64,000 nucleotides of DNA, taken from NCBI GenBank assembly GCA_020184695.1, contig JAANOX010000069.1, positions 1 through 64,000 on the forward strand, given 5' to 3'. Shown in pieces: positions 44,103 to 55,100 of the stretch (position 1 is its first letter; each line of letters opens with the position of its first letter). Source of the stretch: Histomonas meleagridis 2922-C6/04-290x (Eukaryota; Protista; Parabasalia). Both the position numbers and the translations under genes were made by a program. The notes beneath the pieces are model-generated. The model had not been told where the DNA came from and searched no databases. It saw only the letters and a program-made list of their open reading frames with translations.

Positions 44103-44749
44103 CAAGGAATCCACATGCCAATTTAAAAGTATTCAAATTATTATGTCAATTTCTTTAATGCTGTCACTTTTTTCAAAAGATTTTTCGAATTTCTTGTTGA
44201 TTAAAGACTTTCACTGTTTCAATGGGAACTCCCAAAAACGCATAAAAGTCGATTCATATTCTTCCATTATTGTTTTTCAATCTGATTTCATCGGGGAACG
44301 TTAGATGCATGTAAAGTGGATGTTCACTTTTTATGTTAGAAAACTTCCTCGATAGACATTTTTCTAAATGACTTTTTTTGTGAAAAATTCACTTTTTGGC
44401 ATGAAAAACATGTATCCTTAATATAACCCACGCCTACACTGTAGTATTATTCATAGAGAATATATTTAGCAATATATATTTAATAATTTTTTTTCGATTT
44501 AATTTTGTAATTTTCGCAATATTCCAATTTTCATTCACTTCACTATGGAGAACGTTAACACGAAAAAATCTTTTTTCTAGATTTTCTTTACATATTTTAA
44601 TTAATTCATATTTTTGGAACTGAACACATGTTAAAACTTCTATTTGCTAACAAACCATATAAAAATTTATTTATATAAAATAAATCAAATTTTTCATTTT
44701 CTCATTACCAAAAACAACTTCGAACTTACTCTATCATTCTAACATTTAT

Positions 44750-47700
44750 TTAATAATAAGGTTGCCACCCCACATACATCAAAGCCAACTTTGTATTATC
44801 TGTAGCTTCAGCAATCAATTTTTCCACCATCAACTCAGGGGACATAACTGTTACTCTGTCCTCGCTCCATCCGGCCAGTCTTCTTTCCACTTCCCTCATT
44901 GCCAGCATCGCTTGTTCCTCTCCAGTTTCGCCGTTCTTTTTCCATTCAATTAGCGGATCGTTGACGAACGTTTGTAAAACCGACAAAATTTTATCCTTTT
45001 TGAGCCTCATCAACTCCATTGTGTACTTACAAGTCACTGCGAAAGCTCCTTTTGTTTTTAGTATCCCCAAACCATCTACGATGTTTTGAGTCAACCTAAA
45101 AGGAACTAACTCAGGCACGTCAAGGATTTTAGCCTTATCGAATAGACAAGAAAAATCCACGTGTAAACAAGCACCAGTTTTCAAGTGCAACAAAATGTTT
45201 TCAGTATGTCTATCACCTAAACCAACTATATAACCCACCATTGACCATACAGATATTGAACTCATGTAAGCAATCTTTGCTTGGTACCAAGTCGAAACCT
45301 GTTTAAACAGCGATATGAACCACAAGTATAACACTGGTGGGAACTTTGGTAAAATCTGATTAATGAAATTATTAATTCTTTTTTGGTTAATATTATTATT
45401 CATAGGCTGATCCACCAACAATAGTTCCTGTATTGTTGTCAGACTTAATCCTTTATTTTGTTCATGAATATATTTTTCGATGATTGATCTTAATTGGATT
45501 GTGTTTTCGACCCATTCGATTAGTCCGCATTCTTCGTTTAAACATATTACAGTGAATGTTGTCAATGATAAATTCCGTTGTTTACAGTTTCTATCTTGTA
45601 ACAAAATTTTGTTCATAAAAGAAGCGAATTCCATCATTCGCATATCCTTCCGTAAGTCGTCATCGATTTTACATAAGAAAGAAAACGATTTACCATTACA
45701 ACTGATCAATTTAATCTTTTTAGGCTTTTGTCGTGAAGGTAAAACTATTATTAATTCATCCATAGCTTTAATTAGATAATCATTTAAATATTTACTTTGT
45801 AAATATGAAGTTATTGGCATTAATATTTGTGAATCTTCGAATAAATATTTTAATTCATTACATATTTCAGTCGCTTTTATTGTTGTTGATTTATATACAT
45901 TAATTTTTTGTTTTATGAAATTTATTAAATTTGTTGTAATGTTTATATAATTTGTTTTGGAATTAGATAAAAAATCTTTTTGTTGTTGATCATTTAAAGA
46001 ATTGATGATTTCATTAAATAATTCTTCAAATTTCTCATTTCGCGTTTTGGAATTCGAATGTTTAGTGGACATTAAATGCCATAATACTGATAATGGATAT
46101 TCAATGATTATTTGCTTTAAGAACAAATTTAAAATTTTTTGATATTTTTTGTTTTGTTCGATACGTGAAATTAATTGTGTAATTGAAGTTAACCAAATCA
46201 TATTATTAATTTTATTAATATTTTTGTTAATTACTTCTTCGATATCATCCGAAATATCTTTTTTTTCTTCTTTAAATTGTAATGAAAATATATTTACTAA
46301 TGAATTATCTTCATTATTATTATTACCATTAAGATTTGTAATATAAAAACTAATGTCAAAAATTAATGATAAAATTCGTGGTAATATTTCATGTGAATAT
46401 TTTAATGAATATTTTAATGCCATTAAATAATTAGAAATAGTATTTGGTAAATTTGTTTCAATGAAATTAATTTTCGTTTTAATTGAGTTTTGATTATTAT
46501 CTGTAAAAGGAGTATGTTTAATACGTCTTTTATTATTATTTTTAGTTACATTTGTTTCTTGTTTTTTATTTGTTAAGCTTTGATAATATTTCGTGATGAT
46601 TTTATCATATAAATTAGCTAATTGGAAATATATTTTACTATTTTTATATTCATAAAGTTTAGATGATTCTTCATAAAGTGTTTTAATTTCTTCTAAGACT
46701 AATGAATCAGTAATTTTCGAACATTTCGCTAATAAAAAATTGATTTTTCCAAGAAATATTGGATTAGAATATTTAAATGTGTTTTTAGCTTTTTTTAATA
46801 TTAGTAATGCATTATCATATTGTTGCATATTCATTAAAATTTTCGATTTCTCGATTAATCCTTCAATAGGTTCTTCTTTAATATATTGATTACCTCTAAT
46901 TAAAGCCCATTGACTTTTAATATATTCCGAATTATTCCGATAAAACTTACTTAAGTATAACCATTGATCAAATATTAATTTATCTTTGTTAGTAATATTA
47001 TTATAGTCTTTAATTAATGAAATATGTATTGATATAATTCGTTCTATTTCAGGTGATTTAAGTATTAAATTATTATCAAGTTTAAACTCATTAAATTTTA
47101 ATAATTTCGGATTAGAAATTTCTTCAATTAAACGGAATTGTGAAAGAATTGGTAAATAATTTTGATATGAAATATATGAAATATTATTTAACATTTTATA
47201 TAATGTATTTTGTATTAATTTTATTAACATTTTCTTTTTAGTTATATTATTTATATGATTATAATATAATAATTTCGATGTTAATATATCAATTGAAGAT
47301 TGATAATCATTTGATTTTATTATAATATTATCATTAATATTACGAATTATATCCCAACGTTGTAAATATAATGCAGATTTAGCTAAAATCGCATTACTTT
47401 TAATGTTTAATTGATAAGTATTTGAACATAAATACATTGAATCAGTTAAAGCTCTTTCATAACGACCATTTTCTAATTCTTTTTTTGATAATTCATAATA
47501 ATATTGTGATTTATTTGTGGAGTTAATTAAAATATCTTTTTCATATTTTATTAATATATCATTTAAATTATTCCCTTGTTCGAAATATATTAAATTATCT
47601 TGATCATTAATATTTTTAAAGATTATATATATATTATTTTTGATTGTTTTTTTATTATAATTTTGTGTATTATGGATTAATAATTCGATATATATTAATG

Positions 47701-50700
47701 ATTGTAAATATAATTTACATTTTAATGAGATTTCAATTAATTCATTTTCATTTAATATGTTCATACATATCCATTTCTTATCAATACCTATAGTACCTGG
47801 CGTAATATTATTTTCATATAATATTAAGAAAATAGAAAAAAAGATATTTAATACTTGTTTTGCAAATTTCTTTTTTTCTTTATCTTCTTTATTTTCAATG
47901 AATTCACATAATGTTTTAAATTCTAATTGGATATCAGTAATAAATTGTTGGTTTGTATTATTTGCAAAATGTATAAAGATTTGTTGTAAAACATATTTAC
48001 ATAATTCTGGTGAATCAATTAATAACAATTGACAATGATAATATATTACTGGGATTTTAGGTTTTATATTCTTATAATTCGTTAATATACATTTTGTGAT
48101 TGAAAATAACCAATTGTTTAAAGAATTAGTTGTTAAACATATCGGAAAATGAAAGTCTTGTGCTTTAGTAACTATTTGAAGTTTATTACGTAAATATGGT
48201 CGTACTAAATTTTGGACTTTTGTTGATAATTTATTCCAATTTTCATTTTGTTCGAAGTTTTCATTTTCAAATAGTTTTAATTTAATAAGTAATTTTTGTA
48301 TAGAATATGCTGCATGATCATGTACTTGTATAGAACTTGAATTTTCGATACATTTCGCAATGAAATGTGAAAGTAAATAAAATATTTCTTCTTTTTTCTT
48401 GAAGTTTTTGGTATTATTTATTTGTATTTCATCAAAAGTTTTTTGTTGAATATTAATTAATGAAATAATTCTTGAACATAAAATTCGATTTTTGATTTCG
48501 GAATCTGAAGTAAATATACTCCAAATTTCAACAAAATATTTCTTATCTTTAATTTTATTGATTTCATTTGGATTTGATTTAATTTTTAATAATATTTGCT
48601 TTAATAATAATGTACGAAAACTTGGACAAACTGATGTTAAATTAATACACCAATCTTCTATATAACTATCATTTTCTTCAAAAAATGACCTAAAAATTGG
48701 ACCTTTATCTTCAATTGATTTAAATAAATAATTTGATAAAATTTTTTTGATTTCATTAAATTGTTTAAGTTTTTTAAAATTATTAATTTGTTGATTAAAT
48801 GTTTTACCTTTTAAAAAATTATATGCAATTAATTTAAAGTAACAAGAAGTAATTAATTCTTTTTCTTTAATTAATATATATAATATCGATGTAACTAAAT
48901 TTGGATAAATATGAAAAAATGGTATAATTTGTGAATAAATTGGACAAAACAAATTTTTAATAGTTAATTCATTACGACAATTCATTAAAATATTTTCATA
49001 AAACTTTAAACATTTCTTTGTTAATTTAATATCTTTAATAGTTAATGATATTATAGATAAAATTTTCGGATAATATTGTGAATATTGTAATAATAATGAA
49101 TTGTTATCATCATTCGGTTCTATAAATTTAACTAATTCTATTAATGAATTAATTGTATCTTTTTTATATACATAATTTATTGTAGTAAAATGTGAAAATT
49201 GATATAATATTCGTTCGAAATGTTGTCGTAATAATTTAATTAATATATCATTGAAGTCATTATTTTCTTCTTCTTCATATATTAAATGATATAAACCAAT
49301 TATTGCATTTTCCGAATTTTTATGTCTTTTTCCATATGATAATAAAAGAAATGCTAAAATTAAATAACAATCATTAATTAAATTCTTTTTAAGATTTCGT
49401 TTAACTAAAGTTTCTAAGAATTCGAACTTTTGTTTATTATTTGGTTCTTTCACTAAATTATATGAAATTATTTCGGAGAAACTTTCTAATAACATAAATT
49501 GCATATTAAACTTTTTAACAGTATCAGGGAAATAATCTTTAAACATTGTAAATTCGTTTTTACATTCTTTACAATATAATTTTAATGCTTCTTTATTGTT
49601 TTGTTTAATACATAATGGACATATTATATTACCAAAAGGTATAAATTTACATCGTGAATATTTACTTGATTTAGGAAATAATGATATTATATTATCAAAT
49701 AAATATTTCGTTTTATTTGGTAATGATTGTATATAATATTTACAAAACAAAAACGAATTCTTTTGTAATATTTCATTTAAATTAGTTGTATAAAATGTTA
49801 TACTATAAGCACTACAACAAATTTTTGGTGTTTTAGATAAAACATTACCAAAGATTTGTTTAATAAAAAATTTCCAAAGTTTCTTTTCTTTAGATATATA
49901 TAAAAATATTTTTAAGTTATTATTATTTAAAATGTTTTCGAAGAAATTATTTTCAATGTTTTCATCATAAAATAAACTAAAAGAATATGAGAAATATGGT
50001 ATCATCCATAATTTTTCATTATTTAATTCTTCGATTTTTAATGGAAAATTATTTCTAAAGAGTTCTTTATCATTTGAATTATATTTTAAATATAATGATA
50101 TTAATCTTAAGTCATCGGAATTTAATACATATTCTTTAAAATTATCCGGCAAAATTAATTTATTATTTATTAAACTTTTCTCATACAACAAAAAATATAT
50201 ATAATCTTTTGTTAAATAATTAATAGTAAAAATATTTTCGGGAAAATAATGTATAAGTTTCGAGATTTGATGTATTAACGGCGGTATATTTATTAACATT
50301 TCTTTAATGTTTCGGATAATAAATTCCGGAATTTCAATTCCATTTTCAAGTAATGAACAAATTATTTCATAAAATAAATTATTATCATTAATAGATAATA
50401 ATCCATGAAAATTAAAATCATTTATTAACCCAAATTTTAATAAAAAAGGATAAAAATTAATTTCATTTTTATATTTTGTCCAAATTTTATCTTTAAAAAT
50501 CGAATTCTCTTTTGATATTAATAAACAAATTTCATTATATATTTTGTTTTGATAAAAATATTGATAATAATTTATGATAATTGGCATACAAATATTAATA
50601 ATTTGATAATTCGATTTAATATATTTTTTGATTAATATAAAAATCGGATTTATAAATTTATAATTGGAATACGTCTTAAGTAATGATAAATATGATATAA

Positions 50701-51451
50701 AATCACTTCCTAAAATACATAAAAATGATTTTGGTATTAATTTTATGGTTTGTTTTAGGATTTTGTATATAAAGATATTAACTTCGTCGATAAATTTGTT
50801 GTTTTCTAAATGAAAATATATGTAATTCATAAGAATCCGAATTATTTGTATTTGTTGTTGAATGGATATGGTATGAATGGATAATAAACATGAAAATGAT
50901 ATCAAATGAAGTGATTCATTCGGATATTGAAATGATGAAAATATTAATGGTAATACATTCATCGAAACATTATAAAACTTTAATGACCTTTCTAACAATT
51001 TAAATAGAAAAAAAATGGATTTCTCAATGTTGTTGTGATCTAACTTAAAGGATTTGTTTGGAATTGGTGATGGAAATGAATTGATTTTTTGATTTTGTAA
51101 TAATGAAGCCAAACAAACAACAAGTTCATTAAAAAAATTATGGGAAGGATAATAAGAAATTATAGAAAGGATAATATCAAGACTTAAATCAAATTGAATT
51201 TCATATTCTGGACTGCCAATTTCTGGCAAAATTGAATGTGAAAAACAATGCTCAAAAAAAGAAATCAAACATTCATCACGTATTTTATATGTCCTTGGAG
51301 CAGAAAAAATATATTTGGTTTTTAATGATATATCAATGGTTTTTAAAACCATTAAACTGGTTTCATTATTAAGAGTATTTTTTGTGAAAAATTTTATTAG
51401 ACCAGGAGTCTTTTCTTCTGCTTTACGTTTTTTAACAGGACTTTGCTTCAT
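44750..51451 (-). CDS. ATR: PIKK family kinase, ATR/Mec1-like
   Basis: LCKIDDDLRKDMRMMEF, GLGDRHTENILL, HVDFSCLFDK, VPELVPFRLTQN and FATC LALMYVGWQPYY. Confidence 0.9.
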   Translation of the reverse strand: MKQSPVKKRKAEEKTPGLIKFFTKNTLNNETSLMVLKTIDISLKTKYIFSAPRTYKIRDECLISFFEHCFSHSILPEIGSPEYEIQFDLSLDIILSIISYYPSHNFFNELVVCLASLLQNQKINSFPSPIPNKSFKLDHNNIEKSIFFLFKLLERSLKFYNVSMNVLPLIFSSFQYPNESLHLISFSCLLSIHTISIQQQIQIIRILMNYIYFHLENNKFIDEVNIFIYKILKQTIKLIPKSFLCILGSDFISYLSLLKTYSNYKFINPIFILIKKYIKSNYQIINICMPIIINYYQYFYQNKIYNEICLLISKENSIFKDKIWTKYKNEINFYPFLLKFGLINDFNFHGLLSINDNNLFYEIICSLLENGIEIPEFIIRNIKEMLINIPPLIHQISKLIHYFPENIFTINYLTKDYIYFLLYEKSLINNKLILPDNFKEYVLNSDDLRLISLYLKYNSNDKELFRNNFPLKIEELNNEKLWMIPYFSYSFSLFYDENIENNFFENILNNNNLKIFLYISKEKKLWKFFIKQIFGNVLSKTPKICCSAYSITFYTTNLNEILQKNSFLFCKYYIQSLPNKTKYLFDNIISLFPKSSKYSRCKFIPFGNIICPLCIKQNNKEALKLYCKECKNEFTMFKDYFPDTVKKFNMQFMLLESFSEIISYNLVKEPNNKQKFEFLETLVKRNLKKNLINDCYLILAFLLLSYGKRHKNSENAIIGLYHLIYEEEENNDFNDILIKLLRQHFERILYQFSHFTTINYVYKKDTINSLIELVKFIEPNDDNNSLLLQYSQYYPKILSIISLTIKDIKLTKKCLKFYENILMNCRNELTIKNLFCPIYSQIIPFFHIYPNLVTSILYILIKEKELITSCYFKLIAYNFLKGKTFNQQINNFKKLKQFNEIKKILSNYLFKSIEDKGPIFRSFFEENDSYIEDWCINLTSVCPSFRTLLLKQILLKIKSNPNEINKIKDKKYFVEIWSIFTSDSEIKNRILCSRIISLINIQQKTFDEIQINNTKNFKKKEEIFYLLSHFIAKCIENSSSIQVHDHAAYSIQKLLIKLKLFENENFEQNENWNKLSTKVQNLVRPYLRNKLQIVTKAQDFHFPICLTTNSLNNWLFSITKCILTNYKNIKPKIPVIYYHCQLLLIDSPELCKYVLQQIFIHFANNTNQQFITDIQLEFKTLCEFIENKEDKEKKKFAKQVLNIFFSIFLILYENNITPGTIGIDKKWICMNILNENELIEISLKCKLYLQSLIYIELLIHNTQNYNKKTIKNNIYIIFKNINDQDNLIYFEQGNNLNDILIKYEKDILINSTNKSQYYYELSKKELENGRYERALTDSMYLCSNTYQLNIKSNAILAKSALYLQRWDIIRNINDNIIIKSNDYQSSIDILTSKLLYYNHINNITKKKMLIKLIQNTLYKMLNNISYISYQNYLPILSQFRLIEEISNPKLLKFNEFKLDNNLILKSPEIERIISIHISLIKDYNNITNKDKLIFDQWLYLSKFYRNNSEYIKSQWALIRGNQYIKEEPIEGLIEKSKILMNMQQYDNALLILKKAKNTFKYSNPIFLGKINFLLAKCSKITDSLVLEEIKTLYEESSKLYEYKNSKIYFQLANLYDKIITKYYQSLTNKKQETNVTKNNNKRRIKHTPFTDNNQNSIKTKINFIETNLPNTISNYLMALKYSLKYSHEILPRILSLIFDISFYITNLNGNNNNEDNSLVNIFSLQFKEEKKDISDDIEEVINKNINKINNMIWLTSITQLISRIEQNKKYQKILNLFLKQIIIEYPLSVLWHLMSTKHSNSKTRNEKFEELFNEIINSLNDQQQKDFLSNSKTNYINITTNLINFIKQKINVYKSTTIKATEICNELKYLFEDSQILMPITSYLQSKYLNDYLIKAMDELIIVLPSRQKPKKIKLISCNGKSFSFLCKIDDDLRKDMRMMEFASFMNKILLQDRNCKQRNLSLTTFTVICLNEECGLIEWVENTIQLRSIIEKYIHEQNKGLSLTTIQELLLVDQPMNNNINQKRINNFINQILPKFPPVLYLWFISLFKQVSTWYQAKIAYMSSISVWSMVGYIVGLGDRHTENILLHLKTGACLHVDFSCLFDKAKILDVPELVPFRLTQNIVDGLGILKTKGAFAVTCKYTMELMRLKKDKILSVLQTFVNDPLIEWKKNGETGEEQAMLAMREVERRLAGWSEDRVTVMSPELMVEKLIAEATDNTKLALMYVGWQPYY

Positions 51452-52075
51452 CTGGTTTTGATTTCATTGTAAACTATACAAAAAAGAGTGAGGAATTCCC
51501 CGAAACAATTCAAAATTTTTAACTAAACACATAGAAAATATTGAATAAAAAATCATAAAAAGTTTAAATCTTTGTTCCTCCTTACTAGAGATGAATTAAT
51601 AATAAATATTTCATTTAATGTTATATATTTAACATTTAAATCAGAAAACTATTTTGATTAAAAAATTTATTTACTAATTGATAATGAAATATTTTATTTT
51701 TATAACTTAAAGTGTAAATAAAATAGAGTTCTCAGATAGGTAAAAACCACTGACCCTGAAGTATAATTCCATGTGAAATATGTAAACATTTTTTTGTACT
51801 TTTTTGGGTGAAATTTTTCTTTAGAAACAGTTTAGATTAGATAAAGCTACGCAATGGCCAATGATGAATTCTAAATAGAATGTCTTCTTGCTTAGTTAAT
51901 TCTTGAGTAATTAATCACAAAAATTAATTTTGATCACGAATTTTATTAAAGTACAAAAACAATTTGACCCATGGAAACATTTCTTTTTACCCAAATGAGA
52001 ACTCCAGTATAAAAGTATAAAACACCACAAATATATTTACACATACTTTAATTAAAATTATCACTTTTTCAAACG

Positions 52076-52131
52076 CTTCAGTTTTTGAATGTAAATCCGA
52101 TGATTTTGCATTCATTCGTTTCTATCGTTGG
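52076..52131. repeat. Dispersed ~56-bp repeat, copy 2
   Basis: cttcagtttttgaatgtaaatccgatgattttgcattcattcgtttctatcgttgg lies 8 nt past the stop codon of the 1784-aa gene. Confidence 0.85.
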
Positions 52132-52138
52132 GTGAACT

Positions 52139-55100
52139 TCATTCGTCCTCATCATTCATCAAATTCTCCATTGCCTGCATCAAATCCGCGTTTTCTTTTT
52201 GCAATTCTTCGTTGTTTTCTTTTAATTTTTTGATTTCCTCACACAAGGATTGAGTGTTTGGATCTTGGGTACCCAAACTCAGTTTCAAAGTTTCGTTTTC
52301 ATTCTTTAAAGTTTCTTTTTCGTTATTTAAAGTTTGGATTTCTTTACACAAATCTTCGATTTTAATATATAAACTTTTGATTTCATTATTTAAAATTTCG
52401 ATTTCATTATTTAATTTTTTGTTTTTTTGAATCATTTGTGAAAGCATATTTTTCATATTGTTAATTTTGTGGATAACTTCTCCTAAGTCACAGTCCAAGT
52501 TATCCAATACTTGATTGAGAACAAGCAATCGCTTTTCGACTTCGTTTACATCGATTTTATTATTGTTTAAATTGTTTTTATTTACTTCTTCATAATTATT
52601 AACATTTAATACCTTAAATATTTCTTCATATGATTTCTTCATTTCTTCAATTTGCGTTTTTACTTCTTCATAATTATCAACATTTAATACCTTAAACATT
52701 TCTTCATATGATTTCTTCATTTCTTTGATTTGAATTATTGCTTCTTCATAATTATTAACATTTAACACCTCAAACATTTCTTCATATGATTTCTTCATTT
52801 CTTCAATTTGCGTTTTTACTTCTTTATAATTATTGACATTTAATACCTTAAACATTTCTTCATATGATTTCTTCATTTCTTTGATTTGAATTATTGCTTC
52901 TTCATAATTATTAACATTTAACACCTCAAACATTTCTTCATATGATTTCTTCATTTCTTCAATTTGCGTTTTTACTTCTTTATAATTATTGACATTTAAT
53001 ACCTTAAACATTTCTTCATATGATTTCTTCATTTCTTTGATTTGAATTATTGCTTCTTCATAATTATTAACATTTAATATCTTAAACATTTCATCATTTA
53101 ATTTCTTCATTTCTTCAATTTGTGTTTTTACTTCTTCATATGATTTCTTCGTTTCTTCAATTTGCGTTTTTACTTCTTCATAATTATCAACATTTAATAC
53201 CTTAAACATTTCATCATTTAATTTCTTCATTTCTTCAATTTGTGTTTTTACTTCTTCATATGATTTCTTCATTTCTTCAATTTGCGTTATTACTTCTTCA
53301 TAATTATCAACATTTAATATCTTAAATATTTCTTCATTTGATTTCTTCATTTCATTTATCATATCAACTGCTTCTTTTGTAGTTTTAGCATTAAGTGCAT
53401 TAAATATTTGCGAATTGGAATTATACACTTCTTTGTACGTATCGATGACTTCTTTTGGAGTGTTAACTTTGAACGTCGAATATATTTCTTCATTGTTTCT
53501 GTTGATTTCATTCACATGTTTAAGAGATTCTTCCGTTAATCGCTTAATCTCTTGAAATGTTATGGACTCATCATCTTTCGTATTGACATTTAACACGTTT
53601 CTCATTTCTTTCATTGATTTGCTAAGTTCTTTGCTCCAATTGTTAAACTCTTCTTTCGTTCTGATATCAAAGAATTTAAAGACTTCGTCATTGAATTTGC
53701 GGATTTCATTAATTTCATTTGTCGTCTCTTCGTTGACTCTTTTCATTTCGTTGATTTCATTAATCGCTTCTTCTTTAGATTTAACTTTAAGATGTTCATA
53801 AAGTTCTTCAACTGTTCGTTTCGTAAGTCGTAAGAATTCAATCGATTTTTCGTTGTCGTTAATTCCAGATATCGCATTAATTTTATTGAATTCATTGTGA
53901 AATTGTTCATTTTCTTGTTTAATTCGTTCTTGTTCTCGAAGTTCTTTATTAAGTGTTTCAATTTCTTTTTCTTTATGCTGAAGTTCTTTCTCTTTCTCTT
54001 CTTGTTTCTCTTTGTTTTCTTTTTGTATTTTTGTTATATTCATCATAACTTTAATTTGCTGATTCACTTTGTTTATAGCTTCGTCCATTGTTTTGACCTT
54101 TAATAATGAAAACAGCTTTTCGTTGGCCTTATTAATTTCATTAATTTCATTTGTCGTCTCTTCGTTGACCCTTTTCATTTCATTAATTTGTGCAATAGCT
54201 GTTTCTTTATTATTGACATTAAGATGTTCATAAAGTTCTTCAACTGTTCGTTTCGTAAGTCGTAAGAATTCAATCGATTTTTCGTTGTCGTTAATTCCAG
54301 ATATCGCATTAATTTTATTGAATTCATTGTGAAATTGTTCATTTTCTTGTTTAATTCGTTCTTGTTCTCGAAGTTCTTTATTAAGTGTTTCAATTTCTTT
54401 TTCTTTATGCTGAAGTTCTTTCTCTTTCTCTTCTTGTTTCTCTTTGTTTTGCTTTTGTATTTTTGTTATGTTCATCATAACTTTAATTTGCTGATTCACT
54501 TTGTTTATAGCTTCGTCCATTGTTTTGACCTTTAATAATGAAAACAGCTTTTCTCTGGTCTTATTAATTTCATTAAATTGATTTATTGCTTCTTCACTGG
54601 ATTTAACATTGAGTGCACCAAATAGTTCTTCTTCTCTTTTTTCGAGATTTTTAATCTGTACTTTGAATCCGATCTCTTTTTTCTTGTTTTCTTTAAAGTA
54701 ATTTTCTTGTCTCGTCATTAACATTTTTTCTTGACTCTTTAATAATTCAATTAATGTTCGATATTCTGTGATTTTATCTTTAGCTTCTTCAATAGAGTTA
54801 ACTCCAAGTATTTTAAGTATTTCATTTTGCTCCAAATTTTCAGTAGAATTGGTTACAGTTTGTTGTGACATATTCTGCGGTGGCTGAACAAAGTTTTGTG
54901 GAGGCTGAAGAAGATTCTGCGGTGGTTGGATAACATTCTGTGGAGGCTGTAAAAGATTTTGTTGAGGCTGAAGAAGATTCTGTGGAGGCTGAAGAAGATT
55001 TTGTGGAGGCTGTAGAAGATTTTGTGGAGGCTGTAGAAGATTTTGTGGTGGTTGGATAACATTCTGTGGAGGCTGTAGAAGATTTTGTGGTGGTTGGATA

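Noticed and set aside
22513-51451. Apparent cluster of DNA repair/replication genes (MGMT, SIZ/PIAS, Dbf4-like, ATR)
   Set aside because: They are spread over 29 kb among unrelated genes, with no shared orientation or motif, so chance is sufficient.
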